DNA from: Balanoglossus misakiensis
Taxonomy: Eukaryota; Animalia; Hemichordata
NCBI GenBank assembly: GCA_040954595.2
Contig: CM082584.2
Coordinates: forward strand, 13,323,337 to 13,387,336
Direction: 5' to 3'
Length of the DNA stretch: 64,000 nt
The position numbers were made by a program, and so were the translations under genes. The notes under the pieces are model-generated. The model did not search any database, was not told the origin of the DNA, and worked only from the letters and a program-made list of their open reading frames with translations. Of this stretch, positions 10,767 through 27,218 are shown piece by piece; position 1 is the first letter of the stretch; every line of letters begins with the position of its first letter.

Positions 10767-11692
10767 AGTAGAACTTTATGTTTTGCACAATGATTGGTAT
10801 ACAGACACTTTTTTAGGTACACATATGCCAACTTCATTTATTGAACGAGCAGTAAAATTCAGTTACACATCAAGTAGATTGTTAATTATACAATTATTGA
10901 CACAAATTATTCAGTTACAGCAATTCTTCATAACTCTACCCGGACAGAATTTTTTTATGACAAACTCAAGTGAATGGTATCATAGCCATGGCTTGGCATG
11001 ATCAATATTTCATAGTTCCATTACAAACAGCAATTACTGGCAATAATCTCTACAGCGCTGAATCAGAGAATATTCTCATGATTTAGATGTGATACATGAG
11101 TACAATGTCATCACTGGTTAACTGGTCCACAACATGACTGAAACATCTTTTGATGAAAACATTGATAAAAACACCACTTCACAGAGAATACTCAATATAA
11201 GCATTGTGGCTAGGATGACAATGCATTGCATTTCACACCAAATACAATTGTCAATAGAATCATAACTTGTGACAACCCTTCACATCAAGTACATATACAT
11301 GTATTAACTTTAATTTTTGAGCATTGATGATCCACTCTGTCATGTCAACGCACTAAGAATTGCGACTGCTCAGGGAAGTGCTGATATGAATAATGCCCCT
11401 GTATTAGTTTATGTAGTATGGACAAATTGACATCACTACAGCAGGTTGAGCTGTTATATACACCAATACAATACATTCACTAAACAACTTTCTCAAACAT
11501 CACGATGATGTTGAAATGAAATCCAGCAGAAAGATATAGTCCTTCAACTGGTACAACTTTCAGAGTAGCTATTATGACAACCAATCAAGATGATAAACTG
11601 ATGGTTGATATGTTGAGATAATGTTCACAAAAATAAACTCTGTATTTGGCCTCAGAAAATTGATATTCAGGCCTAATCTCTCAATACTCTGA

Positions 11693-11900
11693 TCAAGGCA
11701 GAATATGAAATGTTATATTTCAACATTTTAAAAAGATAAAAATAAAAATAATGCCAATTGATATTCTCTCATAGATCAAGTCAGAACATGAAAATGTTAT
11801 ATTTCAACATGTTGTTTTACAAGGAGAAATCATTTGTTCACTCCGAAAAAAATATATAATGCCAATACATGTATATTTCAGATCGATGTTGAATATTAGA
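11693..11900. repeat. Degenerate tandem duplication (unit ~80-110 bp) in the presumed R3HDM4 3' UTR
   Basis: gatcaag(g/t)cagaa(t/c)atgaaa(a)tgttatatttcaacat occurs at ~11691 and ~11774, and taatgccaat occurs at ~11749 and ~11857. Confidence 0.7.
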
Positions 11901-12083
11901 GTCCTAAAATATTGTTGATGCCATGCAAGGTTTTGACCCCTCTCCACTCCGAGGAAGACTGGTAAACTTGGTCTTTGATTAAATAATGAAATGATCAATA
12001 TGTGTCACACAACAAAAATTTAACATTGTTTTAATAACTTTTACATGATGTGATGTGGAGACAGACGATCTTTAGAGAGTCTG

Positions 12084-14216
12084 TTAACTAAATCTTTCAA
12101 GGTATTCCGAAAGTTTGACATCAGGTGGTAGGAATTCCTTCCTGTTGTTGACGACTTCAGTGTGACGGGTTCCTTCATAGTCAGCACCTAATGGTGTAAG
12201 CAAAAAAAACCCCTTAATTTATAGTCCATGCAAACGTTCACAGAAAGACAATCCCAACAATACAATTCCATTCTATCCGACTATGTGAGAGTATCCTGGA
12301 TGTACACTTACTCATGGAATGTAGGTCCAAATATTGAGACACAGCATGCAGCAGTAACCTATCATAACTGCTAGGCAGTACAGCAACATACATAGAGTCT
12401 GGATTCATTGTGAACCAAGACATAAGCTCATCCTCCAACATCTCCAAAGTTCCCTGCAATATGCAAATGAATTTAAACCAATGTTATTTTGAAATGGGTA
12501 GCTATTGAAAGCAAATTACATGTATGTACATGAACAACATTAAACGTGAATGAGAAAACTTGTTCTGGTTAAAAATGAAACTCAAAACCAAGCATACCTT
12601 TGGCAGATGTCTTCTGTGCAACAGAGCTTTCAGTTTTGGACTGATGCGCTTGAAACACTCTTCTGGAGTGAATGCTGGATGCTCTGAAAAATATGAAAAT
12701 AGACAGTAAATTGAACTGTTGGACTTTCTTGCCATGTGCAAACTACAACATACATGAAACGTTGACTTTCATGATGAAATTTCTAACCTGAGCGCTTATC
12801 CATTACTGCACCTTCTTCACTATCTGTCTTCTCGTCGTCTCTCTCCTTGGGCACATCTTCCCTCCTGCCTTCAAGGTTACGCAGAAAGATTTCCTGCTCC
12901 TCTTCGGGGTGATTTATGAAATCATTCCAAATCTAGAATTAATTGTAAAACAGGGTCATCAGGACACACAGAGTGTGCCCCTCTGGGTCATCAGAGCATA
13001 TGACATGCCCCTCGCCTCATTACTCATTTTTTCCCCTCGAGTAATGACAAACAAATCTTCAATGAAGTGCAGAAACCTAGCCTGAAGAAGAGAAAAAAAC
13101 ATTCAGATGTAATGTCTCACGGGTTTGAAATTAGGTCACCAAACATTATTGCAAGGCTTAAATATTAGTTCCCTATTCTGATAACCAGGTCACATTGTCG
13201 CAGCGAAGTTGTGATTTTTAAGCATATAGGTGTTCTATGTCCAAGCTGTTTATTCCATCACAGAGGATGGAACACAGAGCTGTCACACTCTGGTAGATCA
13301 CTCACTTACCTCCATACTTTCTTCATCTGTCAGGAGTTCACCAAACACAGTCTGACTGGAGCCCATGAAATCATGAATGTTGACTTCACCAAACTCCTCA
13401 TAATCCACCATATCCAAGAGAAAACGTGCTGATGGGAAAAAGGTAACAATAAACATTCAAGCATTTCTTTTATTCCAAATAATTAGTGATATGTAGTAAC
13501 TAGTGATATACATGTAGTATTAAAGGGAGGATGTGATAAAATTTTCACTCACTGTTTTCATATCTGCGAGCATGTTTGTACCCCTTTTCCTTCATGAACG
13601 TTTGTGGTCGAGGTGACTTTGGGGTGTATTGCTTACGACTCTTGGGTGACTTGGGCGGAATTGGTATAGAGTCACTATGATCATGATGCTCTATCAATCT
13701 GTGGAGTTATCAGATGTGTTTCACTGTCATTACAAACATACATATGTTCATCACTTCATGAAAGGGGTGGGTGTGTCTGTGATAGTTTTCCACTATGTAT
13801 TCTAGGTCAGTTGTATGTATTTAACATTTTATAACAGTTATAATGTAGACAGATCCTATTAACATTACAAAGGCAAGGTCAACAAACTATCAGACAGATT
13901 TCATGTAATTAAGGGCTTTCACTGTGTTTTTGAGGGGTGATCTTGTATCCCCAAAAACGATCCAATGCACAGCCCTCAAATCCAAATATACAGAAAGGTT
14001 CATGTAATTATCATGCGAAAACAAGTAATGATGTCGTCGACGACGCCGTCGTTTGCAATAAATTGTGCAATCGCATCCTTATTCTCATCACATATTCCAA
14101 GACGATAAACAACATTTTCCGCCAAGTTCAAGAAAGGCATCAAACACAACTCACCCGACGTCGTTACCGATCTCTCCGTTTGTCATGTAGTCATCTTCGA
14201 CTTTTTGCACGCCCAT
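12084..14216 (-). CDS. R3HDM4: R3H domain-containing protein 4, ~7 exons
   Basis: Starts MGVQKVEDDY (ATG 14216). Exons approx. 14155-14216, 13551-13698, 13309-13427, 12788-12932, 12598-12683, 12311-12453, 12084-12187. Contains HPAFTPEECFKRISPKLKALL and the R3H motif SSYDRLLLHAVSQYLDLHSMS; ends ADYEGTRHTEV...FLPPDVKLSEYLERFS*. Confidence 0.9.
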
Positions 14217-14695
14217 TTTGTTAATATTTTCCCGTTGACACCGGTACTTCCGCCAAACGTCGTCGGTAAGTGCTCTCTTTCGGCCGCAGATATATACACG
14301 TCGTCGTTCGCTGTTGCCTGACGTCTTTGGTGAATAGGCTATTCCAGCTGTCATTTTCCATCCCTCTGAATTAAATGTTTATAGATGTATTCTACCCCAA
14401 ATAATGACAGTGACACTGATTATTTTTACTATACATAATTTCCAACAAAAGACAAAAGCTTGCTTAAATTATTTTATTTAAAAAAATATTTGAATTTTCA
14501 ATCCCACTCACTGCCGTTCCAAATATCATCTGACTTCCCACCATAATGATAAACAGAGCTTCAAGAGGTGAGATCCAACGAACACACGGACGTAAGGTCA
14601 CCTGACCATTACGGTATCATTTTGGAATAAATTTTCAAGGCGATGTTTTCCTGATTTCTTTGGATTTTGGACGTTTTTCTCGACATCGAACCATC
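14217..14695. promoter_or_regulatory. Bidirectional promoter between R3HDM4 and ATP6V0B
   Basis: Divergent ATGs are ~480 bp apart with CpG-rich flanks. Contains CCGGTACTTCCG (ETS-like) at ~14241 and GGTCACCTGACC at 14596-14607. Confidence 0.65.
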
Positions 14696-16590
<1,895 letters not shown>

Positions 16591-19500
16591 ATTGCACAAC
16601 CGTCAAAAAACTCTGAAGTCGGCAAGAAGAAACTTCAAGAGAAATGAAGATATAATAATTTGTATCATGTCATTGACTGTCCCACAAATCAATGTATACA
16701 TTCCCTAGTGACAAACTTGATCCAATCCTTTTATGTTGACTGGGCCAAACCTGCAGAAATGAGCTGCTGGATTGACCGCAGTGTGCAATGGTTTTGTTTG
16801 GCAAATGTGCTGTAGACATATTGCATTCACACGTATACAAAGCTGCACATTTTGTGATATTTGTTCAGCCACTGTCATGTACATACAGAACACTTAAGTA
16901 AATGACAGGCATAAAACCACATACTACAGTCCGACTGCCAATTTTGGTACCTAATAATCAGACATATTTTGAAAAGATTTGATTTACAACTCTCCGCTTT
17001 GTCCAGATGATAATTTTCTACCTTAAAACTCGGCCTCTGGTAGAGGTGTCAGCCCTCATGTCATTACACCCTTTCAGACACAGGTTTCTGGTAACAATAT
17101 TTCTAATCCATGACAAAGATTTCTTCACCACTAAAAGAAAAAAGTTTTGAAATCGGCCATTTTGTTGATTTCTGTGTTCAGCATTTCCAATCAGTCGCTC
17201 CATTTTGTGTGTGGTTTGTTTTCTTATTTTCATATCTGCTTTGCGAATGTTTACTGTCAGAACGGACAGTTCTTGTACAAACGTTGGGAAAAGGGGAAAA
17301 TGGTGCAGTTAAGTTGTGATCCAATCAAGGAAAAGCTAAATCATAGCAGAAAATATGCCAAGATTTGAACAGCGTTTAAATCAGTAATGAAATTGTAAGT
17401 CTAACCAATAAATGAGTAAGAATTATTTTTGATAGTTTAGGCTCAATGTATAGAGAAACATTTAAATATTAATCTAGTTGTATTTAATATAAGTATATGT
17501 AAGGAGTCGCATTGATAGCATTATTAATGTTTTGCGTTAAAATTGCCGTTACATTTCAGTGCAAGATGTAAGTTAACATTTTTTTGAGGTGCCGCGCTGC
17601 AAAGGAAAACAATGCGTTTGAAGTGCAGGTTGTATTCAGTTTATGGTCGTTCAGGTCACTTTGAACTTGAAACAGGCTGTGAATGTTGCAAATTCTCGCT
17701 TCTGTTGCCTTTTAGTGGTCGGACATGCGTACATACATGTGAACGTGTTACAATTTGGAGAAAGAAGGAAGGACATATCCGCAAAACACGACAACAAACA
17801 GAAGTTTATGAAACACAGTGCTCTGAGGAATGACCTGACCTGCAATGCATTTTTGATTGGTCGCTTTCTCTTTCAACTCAGTCATCAAATATGCGCACAG
17901 CAGGTGCACGAGTGCTGTAACCTGCAAGAGCCCTTGAAAGATGCTCTATGGGTTAGGGTTAGAGATGTGTTTTGTTGGTGAAATGTATCCCCCCCCCCCT
18001 CTTCATCAGTTTTACTTCTTTTGTTTTTATGAGTGCTAGGACAAGTTTACCCAGTACTGGTGGGTTGTGTGTAGCTGTAGGATTGTAATAGGGAGACGTA
18101 TTGATAACTTTCTTAGGTTAGCAAGTGACTGCACGCTAACATTTGACATAGAATGGAGAGATCTTTCCCATGAAATCTGTGTCAAATTTCTGTTGTCACA
18201 GAGTGTGTGATCAAGAATTAGGATCCTGTACCAAGGAATCGGCAATATGTGTAAATATTTTGCATGTGAATGTCATTATGACTAAAGTTGTGTCCCCTTC
18301 AGAGGTAATAGAGCTATATTGTGTATAGATTTGTGAGGAATGAATAGAACATGTATTGTGAAAGTCTTATGTGACAATAAACATGTTGTAAATGAAAGTT
18401 TAATGTCTTGGCCTTGTTCATGTGTATTCTCCCATGTTTATTCATATTTTGGATTATTAAAATTTGTAACATAATTCAAAGAATTGACAACAAGTATAGA
18501 GTAAAAAATCAAGTCTTACTTCACAGCTATGAAATATGAACATGCACACACAATCATGTAGAATATAAAAAAATCCAAATACTCAAAACCTTTATCAGGA
18601 TTTTTTATAGGCATCATGTGATATAAGGTCATAAATTCTTCTCAAATAGCCATCTGTGCAATGTACATTGTATGGTGTTTGTTTAGAAATGCATGTACAG
18701 CGTCACACATATTCCTGTAATGGTAATGGAATAAAACATTCAATATCTGAAAAAGACTATTTTCACTAGTACTCTGTTTTGCATGCACATAGCAGTTTTC
18801 TACTGTCTATGATTGATCTTTACATGTAACTGTGCGAAGTGCATTATGATTACGCACTAAAACACTTTGCTTCATACGAAACGAAGGTTGACATAGATAT
18901 AACATGCCTCACATGTACTGATGGTATATTAGCATCTAATAATAGCTGACACCTGTTTTCCAAAGCCTTGCTAAAAACAGACACCTACATGCACATAGAG
19001 ATATCTGAAATTATTACTGACAACTACATCTGAAAAGACACTTTTAGAAGAACAGACATGCAGACAATCGTGCATTATAAAGTAACAAGCTTTATTTAAT
19101 ACCGTATAGATAAAAGTCAATTTGATTGACACAATTTAAGACAACACCACAGTGCATTAATAATGCATTTACAGTACATTGATCTACGATACAAATTATA
19201 TGTAAAAATACCATTGTAGTCAGTACCATACTTTGAGGTTACATACCATTCTCACATTGTAAATTAAAGCATCATCATCTCTATAATGGTAAACTAGATG
19301 TTTTCCAACTGTGAAGCACCTAAATATATGGAAACATGTAGCAGGAAGATTATAAAGAATATATCACAACAATCAAAACCAATGTAATGTTCATGGGAAA
19401 GAAGAATATTGTGAATGTGATGAACTTGATAATCTGGATAATATCATGAGCCCCAAATGAAATCTTAAGCCATGCTCCTGGTTACATTTCCACAGATATG

Positions 19501-21073
19501 TAAATTGAGTATATAAAACTTAGAAAAAAATTCCTAAAGAGGGTTAAATACGGAAAAGTTACAATTTCATGAACTAACATCAAGTAAATAATTATATAAT
19601 GATAAATCTTAAATGTACCACAAAATGGTATTTACCTCTTGGGTAGGAAACCTTGGAGTTTGTCAGGATGCAAAAATGAAGGAAATAAAATGATAAAGTT
19701 TCAAGATTAGCACTGTACAGAATTATTAGAAATAAAATATTTGAATGAAGTTTTGAATAAACCAGTACAATGATACACATATGAAAATTAGAACTAAACA
19801 AGCATCCACATTTCATTTGAAATGATGATAATGTGAATATTTTTACTGCAAAAATATCACACTTTGGGATTTCTGTAATACTATGTTGAGATTAACATTA
19901 TGGAATTATTTTTCAGATGAGCTCTGAAAATATTTTAATACTGAAATGTTAGAAAGAAATGAATTTTAATGCTGCTGTCTATATTGCATACAGTGTAAAA
20001 TTAAAGTTCTACCCATACATTTAATAAATTGAATTAATGCTGATTACTGAATGCTTAAACAACCATGGTATTTATTTATTTGTCATATGCTGGGTGAAAC
20101 CATGGTAACATGTTGTTTGGCGCTGACCAGTATACATGTATTTGAATCTGTTAGGATTTCTCTGTTAGGGTCTTCTAACCTGGAGGAATTAAAACAGAGA
20201 AATCTTTGAAGTTGAGGTTTTGTGGACATTTCAGGAAATTGTAGGTCTGTATTTATGGACGGGATGGAACCCATGATTTTCCTCACCATTTCAAATGAAA
20301 GGTTTTATGCATTTGTGAAGTTTTTTCTACAAAGCATGGATTGTACAGGATGCTGCGTGGGATGGGAAAATGGGGTTTATGTACAAAAACCTAACAGATC
20401 ACATGTGGATTTTAGGGATTGGTCGGGTAAGATCAGGAATTGGAAGACAAACAAACACATACATGTATACAGAAGTATTATTTAAAATATACTATTTGAT
20501 TTCAAATTTTCATTTGACTTTAACATTTCTGCATTTTTATCATCATTGCATAGAGGATTATATGGAATGTTGATGCTCCAAAAAACTCTGTGACCTCAAA
20601 ACTGATCCTAAAATAATCTTTGTAACATGCATTGTGTACTGGCTATCTTGGAAAAGTATACTTCATACTTTCGATTTCTCAGTAATTGCGATATACCGAG
20701 ATGTCAAACATTTAAGAATTAAAGCCTGAGGAAGTGTATATCTGATATAAATGGTGTAAAAGTTACTTCTGAAGACGGATGTTTATTTTAAAGTACATGC
20801 AAATAGCATAACTGGTGCTGAAAGCTATGGCGAGACAGACATTTTTGGTTTTAAGAGCACAAAACAGTGTCTGCTTTGGACATTACATATCGGCATATTC
20901 TGTGGTTGCAGCTGGCATTATTGCTTTTAATAATACTGTAATTTTAAGATGAAAAGCCACTGTGTAATATACAAAATTATTTATGTTTTTATTAATGTTG
21001 GCTTAGGGATGTTATTGGATCATTCACATGGCTATTATGGATTATATCTTCAGATAGGCCAACTGAGGATTTG

Positions 21074-22972
21074 TTACTGACTGAAGTAATTTTCAGAGCT
21101 GTACAAGAAAGACTTCTTAGCCTTTCCCTTCTTTTCATGTACCTGTCCCATTGCTCCATCATATGTGTATGCCGGTTTGTTTGGTTCCCTGGGGCCTTCG
21201 TAGATATGTCGGGAATAGTGGCTTTCCGGTTGTTGTGCAGACACAGGATCATTGGAGTTCATATTGTCACCCTTGTTGACAGGATGTATGGGGTTCATGA
21301 TGACTGTATCTTGTAAACTATGCATTGGGAGGTGCGGCATTGAGTACTGCGGCCTTCCTCTGAAGTAATCCACAACAAAGAAAGCCTGCAATATAAAAAA
21401 AAATCAAAAATTAAAAAATTTCTATCCTGCCCAATATATGTGCTCAGACATTCAACGATATGGTTATTTTGGTACAGGGAAATATAGTGAAGTTCATCGC
21501 CAAGTATGGTGATCATAAAAAGTTTGTTAGTCGTCATCAAGATGTGAAAAAGACCCACCAGATAGCCAGCTATGGAGACACCAATCACGTAACCGATCAG
21601 AATATCTGTCCAATGACACTGGTAATTGGCCACTTCATCTAATCCTGCTAAGTAGGACAGAGCTAACAGTCCAAGTACCAGAAACGGCTTGGTCAGTCTT
21701 GTCAGTTTTATCTGGAACAGTGCTGAAATGTACAGCTATTTAAGAAGAGAGAGAGAGAAAAAAAGTTTTAGTTCAAAGTATATGGTCTCCTTTCATTAAC
21801 ATAATATGCCCTGCTATGGCTAAAAACAAACTTGTAATAAATAAATAAATAAATAAAAGTACTTACTCCACAAAAGACTGCGGCATAGGAAGTGAGGGCA
21901 GCATATAAATTTGGAAATGACATTCTGAAATAAATATATTGATGGTGCATTACAGATGTAAGGAATTTCAAATTATTTTGTATCATTTTACAAGAAATTG
22001 CTTGATAGTCAAAAGTCAATGAGTATGGATTAAATGTGGATTTGGATTTTCTGCTTCATACTTTACTTGAGTTGTCTGACTTAGTCTTACCTGGCCTTGT
22101 CTAAAGACTTGCACAGGTCTTCCTCTCCAGTACATCCATCACAGTCCTCATTATTTATGACATCAGTACCATCAGTACACGAACACAGGTCAAAGAAGTA
22201 TGGAGTGGGACGTCCGATGATGAACTGCCCGGCACGCACAAATATCCAAGTTGTGAAGCCGCCCAGAACAAACATACCTGGACAATAAATTATCAGAAGA
22301 GTTCGGTCATATGTGGTTGGTTGGTTTCGCAGTGAATTAAGTACATGTTTTGTACTTATACATGTACATGTCCAAATTTAAACTTCATTGTTAATGAATG
22401 CTTATGAAATATACCTGTAAATCGCAGCGTTCTTCTAAGCATTGGATGAAGCCTTAGTCCGCATGACTTCACTGTTTTCTCTTGGTTGATGTAGTCATTC
22501 TCTTTGATTTGGTATATAGACAATGATGCTTCACCAAATAGGATCTGATAAGGATAACACATTAGGATATTCCCTGAATTACAATTTCAATTGATATAAA
22601 TTGTGTTACTATGGGGTTATGACTAGTTTGGATAGGAACCAAACAGAGGATTTTTCTGTAAATAAATAAATAATGATGACTAACCACAACAAATGGAACC
22701 AGGAAAACCAAAGTATACACCAGAGCTGGTGGAACTAAATCTGCTTCTGGAGTTTGTGGCTTTGAGTATTCTGGGTTATTACATGTCAGCACTTGTTTGT
22801 GTACGCCGAACCACTGGGGTATAAATTCCAAAAAACTCCAAAGAACGACGACTGCTGCCACGATGATGCAGTCGACCGTTAGGAAGCATGGAAGCAACCG
22901 GTCGTTTTTTGTGACAACTGGTCCTCTGGGTTTCATGGCAATCGGTTGGAACTGGTGTTTCATATCAGCCAT
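21074..22972 (-). CDS. Phospholipid phosphatase-related protein (PLPPR/PRG family), paralog A
   Basis: Six or more GT-AG exons. Motifs LLPCFLTVD, HPMLRRTLRFTGMFVLGGFTTWIFVRAGQFIIGRPTPYFFDLC, KARMSFPNLYAALTSYAAVF, GLDEVANYQCHWTDILIGY; C-tail ends ENYFSQ*. Candidate upstream non-coding exon donors at ~23817 and ~25273. Confidence 0.88.
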
Positions 22973-25900
22973 CTTCCAAGACAACTCGATCCTCTATCAG
23001 TCCACTTTGATAAAATCTCTCTCACTATCTTCTGGATAACACTGGATAAAAAAATAATAAAATGACCTCTTTTAGTTTTGAAATCATTTATGCTCTGTAA
23101 TGTTCACACATTCAAGAAGAACAGCAGAAAATTCTAAACAGGTGTTGACGCTTATCATGTCACCAACGCCCACTGTGCAGCCAAACATTGAATAGGTTAA
23201 ATGTCAGAAGGGCACATTCTTTCTATGACAGCCATCAGACAGGGATCTGAATTACGTATTTGATGATCAAAACAAAGATCATGTGACATGCAACAGTGGC
23301 AATAGCAAATTTTATGGCACTTAATCACAAGATCATTCTTAATTTGGCAGATGCTTTATAATTAGCTGCACCATAGCTGACCTATATGCTACTTGGTAGA
23401 CAGACAAAAACGAACAAGTCTTTGTGTTTGGGTGCTCTAGCAGTAAGTAAAATACCAACTGAATGTCGCTGGTTGCTACTGGTCTTGTAACATAATCTGC
23501 TCTGCCATGTTGAGGAACGATAGGTATTTGAGCTAGTGTAGGTAGAACATAGCTAAGACAATGAAGGTTTTGGAGGAAATGAGTATAAAATCTATGCTTG
23601 AATCAACAGGTGGTTGCCTTGTAGACATAGCCGCAAGCCTGACTTTTCTTCTTTGCGTTTTTATATAATCTAACTGACCTTAATTTGTTTGCACCCAACG
23701 TGGAAATTACCAGAACACACTTGAAACTTGATCACTTTCAGATTTCACAAGGAAATGAATGCTTAGTGCAAACCGAAATAAACAATTCCTTCCAAGTGAG
23801 AGAATTTAATTACTTACAGACTGTTAATCGCACTAAAATCCAGTACAGAAATCTGCGATGAAGCTAAGGGTAATCCTGTTCGTTTTCACTTTGCTATTGG
23901 TCTGAGTTGTATACGTGGTAATGTCAATATCGTACTTTTGAATTTAAGGTGTGACCTGAAATGTACGCACTACGCGCAAATAAGATGTGACAGGTTTCCT
24001 TGCTGCGGTCAAAGGTGAAAATACAGTACTGAGTAGGCTAGGTGTGTCCTCGGTCAGGACACACAAATTTTGATCTGTATATATACCTTTGAACATTCCA
24101 TTTTGTTCAATTTGAGTGTGTTGCCCAAATAAAATGGGGCCAAATAAATATAAATACCGTAAAATAACCACACAGTAAAGTTGCTGGTATAATATGCATA
24201 CAATTAACATTTAATATCAGCTTGCTACCATAATTGATTTGGACTTAAAGCAAATGTATAAATCACATTTAGTGTCTGGCATACAATTCAAGGATAAAAT
24301 TGTGCCTTCAATGACTTTTTTTACTCAGTACTTGTTTTCAATTCTGTGATAATAGACATTTGTTTAGTATTTTCTGTCCAATGAATGATGACGTTAACAT
24401 ACAGAACTGATCAATAAACTGTTATAGTCTGACATTGTATATTACTGATTTTCATAGAAACATCTGTTACATCAAAAGAAAATATGTAATCTAAAGTTTA
24501 CATTATATTTCATCGCTACTGATTTTGAAAATAACAAGTTTCTGTTAAATAGATTCTACCCCACCCCAATTATCATTAGAACTCTGCATCATACAGACAC
24601 AGACTTTTCAAGTTTCAATCCTTCAATTTGAGAATTAATGCACATGAGTAAACAAAGGATAGTCTGATACATGTAGAGATAAATGGGGGTGTGTCTACGT
24701 TTTTTCAATGTTTACCGACATTCCCAGAAACGCAGGAATTCATGAGTTCAACTGGGTCATTAATAACTGTATGACTAATACTTTAATACTACCTACTGAC
24801 AATTTCTGTATCAAAGTCGAACAACACTCCCTATCAGAATTGGCCAATTACAAATAATCCCATTGTTTTGATGCTTAACATGTTAACAAATTGTATCATA
24901 GACGACAGAAAATAGGAGTGCTACCATTGCAAGTGTAAATATTAGAAAAATACCAGGGAGACTTTAATTGTAAAATTTCACATTATTTTAATTTGTTTCT
25001 TTGTGAATTTTCATTGATAAAAAACCTCAGAATATGTTTCCAACCAGAACAACGAAATTTCATTGAAAACAGTCCATTGATTGCTATTTTTAACCTAGAA
25101 CCAACATGTGTAGAATGAGGCTTTGAATGCTCTCGTCTAAAAGGTACAGTGCTAAATATTGTATTCACCTGAGGACTGTCATGACCGTGTCGTACTATAA
25201 CTGAAAGGTGTAATGGTTTACTGTTGTCAAGTATACATTATAATTTTTGCTGCAAGTAAATTAATCCACTCACCTGAAAGGTTGCTAACTGCTTCGTGCC
25301 GTCCCCAGCTCCTCGACTTAAAATTCGTAACGTGTCGTGATCAGTTCTTTTTTTGGTAAAAATTGTAGATGTTTTCTGATCAAGGACACCACACCCTGAA
25401 TGGGCATTAACTTACTCCAACTTTTCAAGTAGTCTTCGTACTCCAGATACGCTCTATTTATCACCTTGACACAGCAAGGTTACAATACACCAGACTCATT
25501 ACCACACAAAGTTACACTGTACAGTAGCTAGCCTACTCAAAACTTGGTGTCAACTGAAATATTCACATGTAAATAGTTAACTTTGGAAGCAACTATTTTA
25601 TACCAGGGTAGGAACTTTGATAAAGCGCTCTGATGCATCCCAGTTTATGCAGATTGAGAAAAGTATACCAAAAGTATGTTGGTGCATAGAAAACCATTAT
25701 GTAATTTATTTTTATTTTTACGAATGGGCTGAACTCACCACACAGTTAATTGCTAGCTTTGTATTCTTTCACCCACCCATACCAAATAGACTTCCCTTTT
25801 TACATGAACATAGGATCTGCATGCAGCATGATGCAGTTACTGCATGGGTGTGGTACCTCATATCTTTCTGTGTCACATGTCGCCCTCAGTAATAAAAGGC

Positions 25901-27218
25901 AACAATCGTTTTGTCTTTTTTTGGACAATGTTTATGATGATGTATCGTGTATGCTTGTGTGTATGCACATATACCAAGATTCTTTTTTGGATAAGTATAG
26001 TTATTTATTTTAATACCAATAAAATAATAACAATCTCCTGCGTAGTGGTAAAGGAATACAATGAGTCACTTGATAAATGATCTTACCATACCTGAGATAA
26101 AAATAATGAAAGCTAACCAACATTGCAAATAAAATAATACTGAAACAAAAGTATAAGGTGACCCTAACAAGTCTTCCTTTTGAAGTTTATTCATAATGCT
26201 GGTCTAGTAGAGATGAAATTAATATTAGGCATCAGTCCTATATTCACAATATAAAAAATAAATCTTTTTATGGCAGATTTTGAGAAGAGATAGAACACAA
26301 ATTGATTCACTCAGATCTAGGGATAGTTTGACAGAATTCTGAGTTGTGGAAGAAAAAAGAACCTCTTCTGGAGCAATGCTGAATACAGTGAAGATGGATA
26401 ATTGTGATTTACTGGAAAAACTAGGATTTTATTGTGACTTCCCAACTGACCATGTATAGAATATGGGAGGACCACAGTCATGGAAGAAACTCTACTAATT
26501 TTAAGATTATACAATATTGTACATTAGTGGGTACCTATACAAGACTTGGATGTAAACTAGAAGTGAGTAATGATTATCAAGAACAGAGACTTACTGTTTC
26601 AAAATGATTGTAAAGACACTGATTGCATCAGGATTTACAGTTTCTTAACTTACAGATGTACAACAGCAAAATATTTAAGAAACAATTAAACATTACCGAT
26701 AAACTGGCCAACAAACATGTCTGTCAACTAGCTCATACACACTGTTTTCAAAAGTTACAAACGGAAGTAAAAATATCTTGCTTCCTCTTTTTAATATCAT
26801 CTTTTAGAAAATCACAGTTAACAACATTACTGATTGCCAACAATAGCCTTTTGTAGAACTGGAAGAGTAATCAGGAAAAATCATTGGAAATTCTTAATAT
26901 GCTAATCACTTGTTAATTTAGCCTATTTTGTATATTACTTGAAAGTATGCCCGGTGTACAACTTTCACCTGGTTAAAAGAAAATGTTTCCCTTAACATTC
27001 TTGTCAATATCAGTATTCTATGAAATGGCTCTGTTTCATATCCATCCATTAGTAAATGCTAAAAACTGACTAAATATCATGAACAAGATGTCCTTGTCAG
27101 CCTCAAGGTGACAGTCTAAAGGTGTTTAGCCTCTGGTGTGAAGTCATGAATGATGGCAAATGACCATTGTTTAACTCTTTATTGTGACGCTGTGATTGTC
27201 AAGCGTTGTTGATGGAGC

